From Phoronis australis (Eukaryota; Animalia; Phoronida): a stretch of 64,000 nucleotides of DNA. Positions 12,833 through 27,269 of the stretch are shown here, in pieces (within the stretch, counting starts at the first letter, position 1; each line of letters starts with the position of its first letter). The DNA is taken from assembly GCA_002633005.1 (NCBI GenBank), contig NMRA01000317.1, positions 450,614-514,613 of the forward strand. Direction: 5' to 3'. Below the pieces are notes generated by a model. The model saw only the letters and a program-made list of their open reading frames with translations, was not told the origin of the DNA and searched no databases. A program made the position numbers and the translations under genes.

Positions 12833-15800
12833 AACGTTATATTATTCTTGCACATTACTTGCACCAATCATACGCAACCCTTTTACGACCGTACACAAAT
12901 GTACACCATACGCAAATGTAAACCCGATGCAAATGTAAATTTACGTGCAGTTCGTATGACGAAACAGAAAACCGATATTTGCGCCTATACATTTCGAAGG
13001 CAAGAAGCGATACAAGCAATAAAGAGAAGACTCGGCTACTTTAATTGGCTTGAAACTGGGTAGCTCCGGCACTCGGGTACCCAGCCCCCGCGGGATTGCT
13101 CTTGGAACTGTCTCGCAAACGATAAGTACAGATCAAGAAAGATCGATAAGCTTGTGTCAGAACACAGTTAATAAAAATTTCGAAGATGAAGAACGGTACG
13201 TTTGAAATTTGTCAAATGACAAATGTCCTTTCTGAGGCACCCCTACCCGTTTTGTGAAGAAATGATCCAGCGTATTACAAACGAAGAAGACGATCTACCT
13301 TTCAGAAAGCCGTTTAAGACAAGTCATAACATGAAAATACAGGACTCGGCAGCAGCACTGTAGGTACCCTTTTCCAAAACAACAGTTTCATGTTTGCAAG
13401 ATGTAGTAAAATTAGCAGTCACAGTCGCAGTATTTCCAAAAGGCAATCATTTGAACAATAAACTTGGAATATCCCAATTACGCCGATGGTATCAGTAGAA
13501 CTTACACACAAACTTTTGCACCCAAAATATTGTTTGCGTTTTTATATAAACAAAATGGGTTTCCATATTCAACTATTTTTATTTAGTGTGTGATTACTGA
13601 TACTGATTATTTCGTTTCGGCGTTTGCCAATGTAGGGGGCTTATCTACAGCGGTGGCATTGTTCTTCAAATGCATTGTAAGACGACTGTAGGTTCGCATG
13701 CATTGGTTGACGTCACAGATAACTTAGGGACGTGTAACTGGGATAGCGTCCGTTGACCAATGAAGCTTCTTGCGAGGAAAGCAAGATCTTGTAAGACCTC
13801 ATAAAATCACATGATTGAAAAGCGAGTGTTTGCAAATGTGCTCGGGAGTTTACTAGCCTATCGTAGCTATATGGTGGCAACTGGAGTGATTGGTCGGTGA
13901 GGTTTAACGGATGAATTGTGGGATTGGACTCACGGTTGAGTGAAGAATTTCCCGTAAGTGCACGCTAATTTCTAATATATAATTTGCCTCAAGAAAGGAT
14001 TTGCTGATTTATGTATTCATTCGATGCATTTTATGTGATGGTTTCTTAGTTGTCCTTTCATCAAAAGCATGCAGTTGTGGACCCGTGCTTTCAGCTTTGC
14101 TGCGCTCAAAATCACGAATTCTTTTCTTCTGTCATATTGTTTTCCCGTCACCAAGTTACCTCCGATGCCAACTGTTGCGTACGAGCCAACCACCCTTTCC
14201 CCAATGCATTTGGGAAATGACAGCAGCTATGTAGATGAAATAAAACTATAGTACATGGAACGCCAACTAGACATTCTCAATGCACAAAATCTGTGATCCT
14301 ACGCACAAGTCACAACGTCACTATTCACTAGCGGCGTCCGGTGTGATATTTGATTTTACTTCCGGCAACTACGTCGCCAGCGCACCATGTTTTTTTGTTA
14401 TGTGTTCGGTTGCTCCGACACACAACACAGATGTCTCGTTGTCGAAAAACCGATAGTAGCCATTGGCGACACCCAAGTTTAAATTTTTAACCGATCGTGA
14501 AACATTTCAAAATCTTTAAATAAAATTATCATCCAAATTTTACCGGTCTGCTCGGATTTAACAACATTTACATATCCCACCGAACGTTTTCTTTCCAGTG
14601 AGCGCAAAAGTGACGGTACCATAGCTCGGTTTTCAAAAACGTCGAATGAGATGACTAAAACTAGAATTGAACGGAGTTTTTGCATTGTTATACAACGAAA
14701 GAGCCATGATCTTTGATGCGGATACAAAATCTGTTAAAACCTAGTGTGCCTTGCATTTACGAACGATAATAGCGGAAACATTTAAGTGCGATGTATTCGG
14801 AAAAATGCCAATGAAATGCCATTAATCTCAGATTGAAGTTTGCTGAGCAGGAGCGTACACTTGTTCATTCACTGGTCACCGCTAAACATCACTGCTTGTC
14901 ATCTAGCTAGCGTTGACAATGTGTGTCATCATGAAGGTGAGGGCGGCCTCTAGTGGGAGTGAGTGAGGCAGCAAAGAACAAGCGAGTGAAAGAACGTCCT
15001 TAAAGTGAAAACTGCTTCAGGAATTGAGTTTTCTTCCCAACTTGTCACTTCGTTCGTGAACTTGTCATTCAAAAAAATCGCGAACTTGCCATTTTTGTTG
15101 TGATTGCATCACTGCGCATGTCTATGGCTTGCACATTTTAAAATCACAACGAGGTTGAACTACGCGCTCCACTGGTGACCCGCCAGTATCACTGGTGTTC
15201 GAGACGTGGCCGCCAAGATCGCTGCTCTCCTACCGGGGCCATCTCTAATCATAATAATAATTGAAAACGTATTCATTTCGTTGCACCATGTTAGTTTTAT
15301 GTTTGGTTGACTTAACAAATATTTCTCGTTTATTAATTTTCTTATGTCGGCGTCAGTGAACTTTTTTCTGGGCTCTGTTTTCCTTCATGTGTCATTTTGA
15401 TGTCCTTTACATACCTATGAAGTAAGAAAGAAAAGTAAGAGACTCACCCACCCAATTTTTCAGCTGTTTTAGCTCATTCAGCGCCACATAAGTTGGTTAA
15501 ACACACATTCTTGTCGATGACGTCCTACATTATCTTAAGACGCTAATTAAAAACGAATGATTGTACTCAACGAAAAGATATAGCTCAACTTACTTTCCGT
15601 GTGTTTTTACACTGTCGTTTACACAAGGTAACATTTCGCGAGGTTACTGAGCCCATCACCATGAAATTTAAGAAGTCATTCATTCTTCATAACATCAAAG
15701 TGTTCAAGAGTAACAGTCGACCAACCCGATTCATTTAGTACCTTATTGAGTTTTCTGGTTAGACTGAATCCAATACTCTCAAAATGATTCGGTGTTCACA

Positions 15801-18800
15801 ATAATAAGTAAAACGATTAGACACAAAAATACCACACCCATAATTTCCGTTTCAAAATCGTTTCACAGCAACGGAATTTCCAAACGTCAAATAATGGCAT
15901 GGCATCAAACGACAATGCTTGAGCTTTAATTATCAACAGGAAAGGAGAGACAATGAAGATTTCACGTTTGTCAGCAACGCATGCGGTGCCTTGTGGCTAT
16001 GAGGAAATACTTGATCCTTTTAATCAGCCTATAAATTGCATGCCGTTTCTCTAGTTGAGCCTGAAATTACCTGTTATAGCTGACAAACACATTAACTTCA
16101 CTTGTTTAATACTTCACTTACAGTTGAATTGCTTGTTAATTCATTTGCAGAAACATTATCAAGTACGAATTAAACATGAACAATACTAACGGATATAGGT
16201 TGTTGGTTGTCCAATAAATACAATGGCCAAAACAAGGATCACTTTTTGATAACGAAATTTTTTACTTAAGATAAGACTGCACCCGGCAAGCCAGATTAAG
16301 ACGTGTTAATGTCAATTTCGTTTCTCTAAACCAGTCTGATGGGTCCCGATTTGTTACAAGTGTAAAAATACGGACCGTTGTCATAGAATCGATAACTGAC
16401 GTAACCCCGAAGGGGGGGGGTACTCCTCTGTCAGTTTGGGGGTATTCGCAAGGCCAAATGGAGGTACTTCCTAATCTAGCTCGGAGGGATTCTCCCACAG
16501 GCAGTTCGAAGTGTTCTCCCAAGGTCACTGTGCGGGTAGTCCCACGTGCAGCTAGGAGAGGTACTTCCACAGCCGGTGTGTACTCTCATATACTGTCATC
16601 TCCTGTGGTATTCCCAAGAGCAGTTTCACGGTGATATCGGACCCAGCTTGAAGAGGATGCTCTCACAACTTACTCGGGGGGAGGGGGGGGGCTGCTCCTA
16701 TAGCCAGCTCGTGTAGTAAGATACTCACAAGACCAACCCGAGGTTTACTTCAATATCCAGCATGGAATGATGCGTGGCATAACCAGCTCGGGGGTAATTC
16801 ACAGATCCAGCTTGGAAAGACGTTTTTGCATTCAATGTAAGATTCAAAAAACCAGTAACTACAATAGGATCATAAAGATAGGCTCATCAATTTGGCTGCT
16901 CCTTTGTTATGAACTCATTAGTTTTTTCAATAATCTTAGAGAGCACCAATATTGGCTGGGTTTGTAAATTTTATTGCCAAATGGATGTCTCAGCCGGTTT
17001 TTGTCAGTCCACTCTGGCTATGGGAGCTCCTTCGAACCGTAACAATTTTTCTGGTTTCATTACAAATTTGGGCTCCCAATCCTAGGCTCCGATTCATTAC
17101 AAAATTGTAACAAATTGGGCTACATCGGACCATGAATGAAACGGGTCACTGTATTAAATGGACATCCAACACCAGACCCATTAAAATAAATTACAAAAAA
17201 TCACGAATAAATGTTTTCGTTGAAATTCCTAATTTAGGACTATTTTTACGATAAATTTCCGTGTCACACCCTTTCAAATTTTTTCTAAAATTTTGGAAAT
17301 TTGAATCTAATCAACATGTCGTCTTGATTTAGGACCAAATGTGTCTTTTTACCACACGGCAGACGGATAATTTACATAACATGGGATTTGTGAAACACAT
17401 TGACGATCGGTTTGCGAACCTTAGTGGCTTTCATCTGAACTTTTTATTTAACAAGTTTTGTTGAATTTTGATTTAATCCGCTAATTTTATTTTTTCGTGA
17501 AAAAACACAACATGAAATTTCCAAGAGACAGTAATGATCGTCCCGGCCATTTACTTGGGTACTCAGGTGTACTTCGCTGTCTCAGGTGTCACCTCAGTCG
17601 GAACACCTCGGATATTTCCGTAGTCTCGGACTTCGTGCATTCGGTAGCTGTCGAATTGGAGAATGATTGTCCGTAGGACTGAAGTTCGCACGTGCGCATA
17701 AAACGTTCACCTCCGAGGAGAAATTCGAGGTTTCAAAAGTGTCCGAGGTGTCCCGGGTCGTGTTGGAGGTGCTACATATCTAGCGTGTGTGCCAACTTAA
17801 ATCTAACACCAAATCACGTGACTTTCAAAATAGAAAAAGCCGTCAAATGCCTCGGTGCTGTGATATCCTTGTAAAAAGCTGTGTCAGAATAAATATTTAT
17901 TATGTAATTAGTAGCGTTAGTTCCATTGAAGTTGTCCAAAATGTGTGCACATGTTGTTTTAAAACCAAGGGGTTGTTAACATTCGCTTTGTTTTAATTAT
18001 GAATGAAAATCCCACAAGCGCCGACATGAAACATCCCCAAAGAACAATTTGAGGCTTGAAGATACCCGAGGTGTTTCGGATGCTCAAATTCTAGAGGAAT
18101 AATTTGAGGCTACGAAAAGAGCCAAGCTCTTCCGAATTACCCTGGTATAGCATTGGTATGGATTTTGAATGTGGCGCAGAACACTCTCTAGTGAGTAATC
18201 ATTCTAGCCTGATGTCGACAGTAATAAGCAGCCCATGTTGTTGGCATTTTCTTTGCTACCGATCGCGCACAGACAGGACACACTAACTAACGGCAGTCAT
18301 CCGGTAAATATTTCTAGAAGTTAATTAGTGAAAATGGCAGTACTCGGCAGTCATATGAACACTCATTTTATATTCTTCACGAAAAAATGCAAATTCTTAG
18401 GAAATGGGCTGTAAACGTGTTTTGGTGAATACATTTAGGGTTATCTACGTAATGCGATTAATTACAGATAAGTATTCCAAGAGACGTATGGTTAATAAAA
18501 CCACTAAAATCCTAACAAGTAGGCAAATCAAACAAATGCATTATACCGAAAAATAGTTAAAGAGTTTTGAAAAATCCTTTAACAAGCTTTTCTTAAATAA
18601 ATACAGTTTCCACTGTCAATCCAGTTTCGAAGGGCCATCATCGACGCGTTATCCGTAAAACAAAATTTTATACCGATTGTCCCAAAGACTGGCTCATGTT
18701 ACGTTTTCTCTGAACAGAGGCGAGTTAACACTCCCAATTTACCACGTTTGCATTATTACAGAGGGGAGGAAAATGAGCCCCTGGGCGGCATTCTTCGTTT

Positions 18801-21439
18801 AGTAAACCGTCGCTGTCGTTTTCCTTGTTTAAAGAGGACCATCTTTGCCTCTGAAAGAGCGCATAACGTCGCTTTAAATACAAAATATTGTAAAGTATAA
18901 TACGCAGAAGAAAGCAGTGAATGTTGCATCACAGCCGATATTTTTCATGGCAATTTCGTTTTTCGAAAATGTTATGTTGCGTCATAGATTATAGACAACA
19001 GATTCGCAACTCCGACATTTTCTTCCGTGCTATCCAAGAGGAGATGTCACTCTCCTAAATTACCTGGTGCAGTTTAATGTTAGTGTAGTGACGGGAAATT
19101 CTCGCATCTAATTTACTGTCCGCTACAACGAAAGCAAAATAATACTTACGGCATTGAAACGATGTTCAAAATCTTAAAATAGTAGAACTGTTAGTATCGT
19201 GAGTACTTTTAGCAATGCTGCTACCACCCGACCACACAACATCCGGCCAAGATTAGCAGACAACGTACTTGCTGGAAATAACACCAAATAATTGGGCCAG
19301 GTGTCGTTGTGAATAATGACGTAACGATGTGCTGATGAGCACAGATTTCGTCCATTGAAAGCATACGAAGTTGGCAGTCCATGTACTATAATCTATGGTT
19401 GCATGTAATCTTGCATAGACTATCGTTTTTTGCATTATTGCCAATGAAGGTATCTATTACCGGGTCACTGTTCTCATCGCTATTTTCAATCTGCAAAAAT
19501 GTAAGAGAATACAAACTATGAACTAATTGACTGTTTTAACGAAATACAAGTACCTGCTACTAAACACACAACTTTTAAAGCTGCATTAGCCTGCAAGTTT
19601 AAGATTGACATACTCCAATAAACATTAAAGTAATTTCTTGAGTCGTTGATGGTTTCAATGTACTTTGTGATTGAAATAGAATCCTTTCGCGGTAAAGAAT
19701 ATTATGAGACCGAATTCAAGAGAGTAAAAGGCTTTATTCAGATTTTCATTTTTACCCAGCTTAACACGGAGAAATGCACCTTTAACTGTTGCTCCGCTTT
19801 TCTGCAGTAGCTGATAGCTAATTAGTTCATACTGTGGGTCGGCACTTTAAGCACTCGCCGCCGGACGGAGACACTAAAGCCATGTATGTCCTGCACAAGT
19901 CGAAAATCAAGCTTGGTTATGAACAAGAGTGACAGACCAACACTATACCCACAGCACCATCGCTTCGTAAAGCCACACGCTGCGCTACTTCAGAGGCCAA
20001 ATCCAAACTAAAAAATAATGACAACGTGGAAACAATCGCTAGACCTCCCTTTATTCCTAATGACAAGTGTGTTAAATTTTGAGTGTTTTATTGAAAAGCT
20101 CCAAAAAGATTCTTCCCACTGAATAAAACTGATGTCGCTCTATAATACTCCGTGTTACTACCGTAAGACTTTTACTCTAGAGAAACCACACAGAGACACT
20201 AATAGCACTCTATACAAGTAATAACCTCAATAAAAATGTTTGATATTGTTCAACACCAGGAACACTGCGTGTGATAATGTGACGTCATTACTGCTACTCA
20301 GTGTTAACTTTATGCAACTAAGCCAAGGTGTAGACTTGGACTTTGGTCTCAACTTGTATATCTTGATCATATTAGAACCATGCGGCACTCCTAGTATATT
20401 GAAACGAATTGAAATGTTGCTGTTAACTATAGATCTGTAAGTCCAGCTCTCAATTTCATTCCCAAATGCTTTTTTCTAGAGATTTGCCCCCCCCCGGCTC
20501 TTCGGATCTTCGCTCCTTTTGTCACAAGCATTCAGTAGATTAGCCCTTGACTTTTTCACGGTTTTTGACTTTACTTACGCCCCTCCCCGTAACCCATTTT
20601 CACGGTGCCCAGCAATGAAACAGCTGATAAGGTCACCGCTTGAAGTCTTTGTTAGGAATCTGCGATTTAGAATAAAGCAACAAGAACACAAAAGATATTT
20701 CACGTAGCTCTGGTCAAAGAGGTCAACTCTAGTGAAATAGACCCCAAAGTGACTTTTTCGCTTTCAACACTATAATTGACTTTTGATATAGGCATTTGCA
20801 GTATGAAATAGGTTTTAATTTTCCTTAGTCGAAGAAGATTTGATTTATGTGCTCAATAAAACTGAAAGTTCGAAATTGTTTAAAACCAGGGTCTACAAGA
20901 TGGCTTGTCGCGGCATGGGTCTCAAGCTATAATCTAGTGTCAGTGGTTTCAAACCCCCCAGAACCATTTTCCATATAAGTTAGCAACAAACTTTGATAGT
21001 TTCGTAAAGCCGTGAGTGGTCGAAATCAAAAGTTATTTTTTGAGGTAGCGCGAGCTTAAGCCGCTTGAAAGCTTCTTACAATAATTGTTTACCAAGAGCG
21101 CTTTTAAGGAAATGAAAGTAATTACATTTTTGATGGAAATTAATTCAAGAAGGATAACGCTTCTTAATTCCAAAGAAACTTTTTTGCACGCGGGTTAGCG
21201 ATGGGTAGTCTTTCATGTCTACTCAAAAGAATGTCAGCTCATTTAGATCACGCTACTGATTTGAGATTAAAATTAGCGAACGCCGGGGCCAGCATTTGCA
21301 CGTGGCAAGAGTTTTAATCCCATCTATCTAATCCATAGATGTGTACGCCCTGATGTCGTTGACCTCCACGCAAACTAAGTGATTTTCCAACTATGAAAAT
21401 TGCTTAAAAGTTCTTAAGTGATAACATGCAGATTCGAAA

Positions 21440-21640
21440 GAATCGTGGTTCAAATATGGACAGAAATTCACAGCAGCTAGACCGCAGAGTAAAGACATGG
21501 ATGGCCGTGGTATTGATAGACTTCTTAGCGGCCTTTGATATTACTGGTCACATGACTCTTATCTTTTAACTAATTGAAAAAAAATTGTGGTTTGCTCTTA
21601 GGTATAGCCATTCACTATTTATTCAATGTGGCGAATAAGC
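21440..21640 (+). mobile_element. Degenerate CR1/L2-type LINE RT fragment
   Basis: AVVLIDFLAAFDITGH resembles the LDxSxAFDxVxH RT motif; boundaries approximate. Confidence 0.5.
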
Positions 21641-22124
21641 TATTGTTAAGCTTCTTGATAAACTTTTGCAACTCGCAACACCGTTATACCAAACGACTTT
21701 CAATACGCCCACGGTAGTCAGATTCATTTTCCATCATCGCGACACATTTCACAGATTTATTCAATATCTAATCAGCCACTGACGAGCAGACCGTTTTCAG
21801 TAACAATGCCTACTCACGACTGAAAATTAGTGAGTTTACGTACAAAGACAATCGCTGACGTTGCTATATGGAAAGTGACGTGCAACGAGTATCATGAAAA
21901 TGCATGGACTCGTGGAAGAAAGGCTAAGATCACTGTATACGTGCCAATGACTACTATTGCGACGAAGGACAATGAAAGATAACCAGTCGGTCAAAATTGG
22001 TCTATAATCAAATCACCGGAGTTTTGGGGGTATCACCTCGTAATTGGCCCTTGTACGCCTATGAGGATAACACGGCACGCATTATGTACAAAGGATTGTG
22101 GGATGCCACAGTATGAATAGACAG

Positions 22125-22292
22125 CTGGCGTGCGTTCAGTAACGCTAGGACCTACGCTAGGACCTACGCTAGGACTTAGCTAAAATCTAGCCAAAGTCAC
22201 GTGCTCTCATTTGAAATACACGGTAATTTCTCGCGTAATCTCACGAAGTCTTGCTTTTTAGCGAGGTCCTAGCCTTACTGAACGGGAGGCTG
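22125..22292 (+). mobile_element. MITE with gttcagta...tactgaac TIRs; relatives at ~36804-36918 (inverted) and ~1313-1442
   Basis: cgttcagtaacgctaggacct versus aggtcctagccttactgaacg; internal 12-bp unit acgctaggacct x3. Confidence 0.7.
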
Positions 22293-22895
22293 GTTTAGTA
22301 GCATATATCCAATGTCAAGTACCAGCTTACCGAGCAGACGATCGCCTACGCAATAGTTCATCGATTTTGAATGGACGACTGGGATCCTACACAATGCAGT
22401 GCTCTGGCATGCGCACGCATCGGTTTTCGCTATCTGGGAAAGATCACATTGCCAACACACAACTAGTCTCTTTACTGAACGCACCCTGGTGACTGTTTCA
22501 GTAAAGAACTGATGACCTTTTATCGTCCTAAGTCTGATTTACACCTGCGGCAACTAATCAGCTACGGCTTATTCTAAGCTTTTAAAAAACGGACTTAAAT
22601 AAGATAATAACTTTCGAAAAAAAAATCCTGACTTCTATCTTGACTGCGAAACACTAACTCCGCCTTATGTTATACCACTTTGAAGTGAAACAGTCTGCAA
22701 CTCAAGGATGGCCTACATCTATGAAGGCAGCTCGTCTCAAATTTACAACTTACATTCTGCACCATAAATTGTGCACTCAACTATTTAATTCAATTTCATT
22801 ATTTTAATTCAGAATGATTAGTGTTGCAAACAATAATATTCTCCAAAAGAAAACAGAACAATATTTGATAGCTACATTATCTTGCTTGCGATAGC

Positions 22896-23155
22896 TGTAA
22901 AAGGACGGCATGGGAACTTTTTTCTCTGTTGCTAAGTCTATGGATAGACTTACTAACTGTAGCGATTGACTTACTATCTATATCGATAGGCTTAATATCT
23001 CTATCGATAAACTTACTATCTATATCGATAAACTTATTATCTCTGTCGATAGACTTACTAACTCTATCGAGGGAATTAGTGAGTATATCGATAGAGTTAA
23101 TAAGTCTGTCAATAGAGATAGCAACGTGAAAAAGTTGCAGTGCCGTCCTTTTACA
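22896..23155. mobile_element. Foldback-like MITE with an internal 21-bp tandem array
   Basis: tgtaaaaggacggcatgggaactttt / aaaagttgcagtgccgtccttttaca TIRs; about nine units of ctatcgatagacttactatct. Confidence 0.8.
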
Positions 23156-23282
23156 ACCACCGTACTTGCTGACCATCATTTCTGAGATAACAAATTTTAA
23201 ATATAATATACCATTAATCCTCAAATTCCTCACGTTACTGTCTTAAACCTTTGTATATTTGATTATACATTACATCGTGTGT

Positions 23283-23633
23283 AGAGAGAGAGAGAGAGAG
23301 AGNNNNNNNNNNNNNNNNNNNNNNNNNNNNNNNNNNNNNNNNNNNNNNNNNNNNNNNNNNNNNNNNNNNNNNNNNNNNNNNNNNNNNNNNNNNNNNNNNN
23401 NNNNNNNNNNNNNNNNNNNNNNNNNNNNNNNNNNNNNNNNNNNNNNNNNNNNNNNNNNNNNNNNNNNNNNNNNNNNNNNNNNNNNNNNNNNNNNNNNNNN
23501 NNNNNNNNNNNNNNNNNNNNNNNNNNNNNNNNNNNNNNNNNNNNNNNNNNNNNNNNNNNNNNNNNNNNNNNNNNNNNNNNNNNNNNNNNNNNNNNNNNNN
23601 NNNNNNNAGAGAGAGAGAGAGAGAGAGAGAGAG
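23283..23633. repeat. (AG)n microsatellite spanning an assembly gap (23303-23607)
   Basis: Directly visible. Confidence 0.95.
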
Positions 23634-23689
23634 TATGGATTAAGAATTGTAAATAATACCTAGTGCCAATAAAGACATGCATTTCTTGA

Positions 23690-24300
23690 CTTTTGGCGTA
23701 CCCCACATGTTTGCGTAATTTTTGTTTCCACCAGATGAATATGTTCTGATCAAGATAAAGAGTCGTCAAATGTTATTCCGTCCAAAAACGTAAATGTTTT
23801 AATGGAAATTATGTTTTTACAGTTTATAATAAGCTTAGGAGCTTAGGAACCTTTTTATGGAATACCATGTATTTAGTTTTGGTGATATTTAATGGCTTGT
23901 TGATTGATAACCATGTGAATATGATTGATAGTTTTCTATTTATTTCGGTTTTCCTTGTGTTTTAGTTTTGTAGACTAAGGTGTACATAAAAGACAGGTGT
24001 CATCAGCATACATAAGGATCTCAAGAGAATTAGATTTGTGGAGATCGTTTAAGTGAAAAAGAAAATGGAAGGACCAAAATTGATCCTTGGGGTACAACTG
24101 CGATGATTTTTTGGGAAGAGAAATTGTCAAATTAAACACTTTGCTGTCGATTGGTTAAATAATTTTGAAGTGTAAGTGCTCATTATACCGTGAATTTCGT
24201 CTTGCAAGAAACCATTGTCCATTGTGTTAAAGGCTTTTGAAAGGTCCAAAAAGATGGTTATTGGGTTTATCCCGTTGTCCATACATCTGTTAAAGACCTA
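23690..24300 (-). mobile_element. Degenerate CR1/L2-type LINE reverse transcriptase fragment
   Basis: Minus-strand motifs in order: FLDLSKAFNT, NYLTNRQQ, VPQGSIL, MYADDT, LNITKTKYMVF, with stops and frameshifts; boundaries approximate. Confidence 0.85.
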
Positions 24301-25489
24301 GCAGCACATGTTTTTAACCCTTACTAAATTTATTGGAACATGTTACAATGAAGCCACCAGTACCTAAAAGTTAATCCTAACGAAATCCGTAGGCGAAAAA
24401 ATCATAAAAGTCCTCAGTTGTCACGAAATGGAGCCGAGTGATACTCCGCCATTTTGAAGTTACCGCTAAGTCGGGAGTGAGATTAATTAAGGCACGATTG
24501 AATAACAAGGCCGGCTATTCTACTGGGCTTAGCGTGGGAGTAATTAACTTTGATAAACAATATAAACATAACAACGAACATGTAATAATGATTAAGTAAA
24601 ACTGTTATACAGTCAGAATATTCTCACAATTCAACTCACTAAAATATTGTAAATAAATTTAGACAGTGAAAAAACTAAGATATCTGTGGTCTCCGCTGTC
24701 TTTTTGAGGCGGCTGATGAACAACAATGGATGATGGAATACGAACTGGTGCCGAAATAACTTAAGAAAGAAAACTTTGTGTGGTGCCAAATAGTATAATA
24801 TAAAATTAAAAGCAAAGGGATAATTCCCATTCAGCCAGAAGCCTTCGTATAAACTACTACCCGGCTGAGCACCGTCCTGGCCTGGCGGCGCGGATTTCTG
24901 TGCTCCGCGGCGCAGAATGAACAAATTAATTAGCTCCACGGGCCTTGAATATCTGGAATTCGTGTACCAAAGAGATTAAGAATTTTGCCTCATGCTCCTA
25001 AGACTACAATATTTTCCATTTGGCAAAATTCCGTTTGTACACTACAGTTCAATTCACTCCACTTGTTTGCGTTTTCAATTAATTTAGACAACAGAGGTAT
25101 CGATTGTGAGTTTTATTTTTGTCACGTTTTAAAATATGTTTTGTCTAATAATTGAAAATTAAAGTCAATTTAGCAAGTGACTATTTTCCCGGCGAAATGA
25201 CACATGGCTACTGCCGGGGCAGCAAAAATAGAGCACGTTGCGTTAGTGTAATTCTGATGAGGAACGCACTGCTTTGAGGTAAAACACGTTTTTGTTGTTG
25301 GAATATCGCCGTGTGTGGATGTGTTTTTTCTAATTTACACTTTTAATGGCCAGTAAAGACGGTGCCGATTTGTTGCCAAGTTACGCGGAAATGCGCTCAC
25401 ACATTCGCTTCGTCACACGGCAATTGCTGGTACTTCACATCAGTTTCACGATACGGCGATAAAGAAAAGACTTTGCCGATCTAGAAAGA

Positions 25490-25565
25490 TGTTTCTTCTA
25501 ATTTATTCCCAGAATGGGTACTGTTGCAGTGTTTCTTCTAATTTATTACCACAATGGGTACTGTT
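25490..25565. repeat. Tandem duplication, about 2 x 40 bp
   Basis: tgtttcttctaatttatt..ca.aatgggtactgtt twice. Confidence 0.8.
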
Positions 25566-27269
25566 TCTGAAATTTGAATTACCCTCGCAATGATCTGAGT
25601 CAGGGCTGACCTCATTGCCTGCGAGAGACGCGACCTATTCACAAACTTATATTTGCATTAAATACCACTCGTCATATGCGAAGAACAGATAAAAGTTGAA
25701 CACCAATTATTCATATTTGTATAATAACAACCAAACTGAGAATTAAAGACAACCACTCACAATAACAACGTTTTTATGCTCACGGTGATATCAATACGTT
25801 TTCAAGGACAGCATGGTCGTCGTTCAGGAATCGTCGATACACAGGAAAATCAGATCACGGAAATAGACGAGAATGGTCGATGATTGTTTGGTCTAAATTA
25901 CACTTTGAGATAAGGACTTAAACTCCGACAGTTCATCTGTTCAACTAAGTCATTTCCTTTATATATAAGTACAACTTTGGCAATTTGCAAATCCGTTGGA
26001 AATTTTCACGTGTTAAAACATTGATTGACGGTAGTTAAGTGGCTTTGTGATGACCGCAGTAATCACGTTCATGAGTGGAAATGTAAAATTGATGTTGCCC
26101 AAGGCATTTAAAACATTATTTTGATTTTCTGCCTGAAGATTTTAATTTTGTTTGCGCAGGATTGGACAAGAAAGAGTAAATTTAATGTATGTGTGGATAG
26201 GTAATTGGTTAGCAAGTGACTGACCAACATCCAAAAACTTAAGAAGCCATTAACTATGTTCCTTTGATCAAATATTTCTTCTGTTTATTTTGGTATATAT
26301 TCCGGTAATTTGAAGGAGTTATTTTTTGTTTAGAAAACACCTTGATCACTTTCCATGTCTTGCTCGAGTCTTGTTTGTATTTGTTGAGTCTTTTTGTCAA
26401 AGTAAATTTTTCTGAGTTTGGGTTGATACTTCAAATTTTACCATACTTACTGAAGGTTCTCTTTCCTTCGACATGCAGTGAGCTGGTTTTGGATGTAATT
26501 CGTATTTTTGTACGCATATCAGTCTGCACAACAACGCTCCGTGGTCATGCTGGTAAGGAGATACACCAAGGCAATTATACAGGAGCCATGTTCAAGTCCC
26601 ATTATACGAAAAACATACAACAAAATTGCCTAGTACTTCGTCTCTCTCGAGGCATCGTCATGAACGATCCATGACACGTTAATCGCACGATAAAGAGATA
26701 CGCGGAAAGTCAATCACGCGCAGAATGATTACTTACGCGGTACATATGTCTGGTGACAACTGAACTGGAAAAATGCAAAACGCCGGAAAATACAAGGTCC
26801 TGATGATTGATCATTTAGGGAATGAAATTTAGGAGCAAGTGACTTGGACGCTCGAAGGCGCTGTTTATAAAATTTGGCTATTCAGTGACGAATTAAACGT
26901 CGAGTCATCTCCTGGTGTATGATACACATTATATTATTAGTTAAATATTAACGGGGCGTGATTCTGAAACCTAAAGCGCGAGTAAAATCAAATTACTTGT
27001 AATTGCTAAAACCGATATACGGATACGTATGAAGGCAGTATTGATGCATAATGTGCGCATGCGTCCAACTTAGTTGCAACAAAGTGAAACTAACGGCTTC
27101 AACAGTGAATTACAAGTCCGCGTCAAAATGATCCCATTATGCGCAAGCCAAAAATGAAAGATTAGAAAAAATATAGACATAACTCCGCATTGTGTTACAG
27201 AACATATTTCTCATAGCTTTTCATTCTAGAAAAGCGTAAAAGAAACCGTCTATTGTCTTTTTGTTTCAG

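Noticed and set aside
22929-23129. Regular 21-bp repeats as a CRISPR array or repeat-protein gene
   Set aside because: Units are contiguous with no unique spacers, lie inside TIRs in an animal intron, and have no cas genes or splice support
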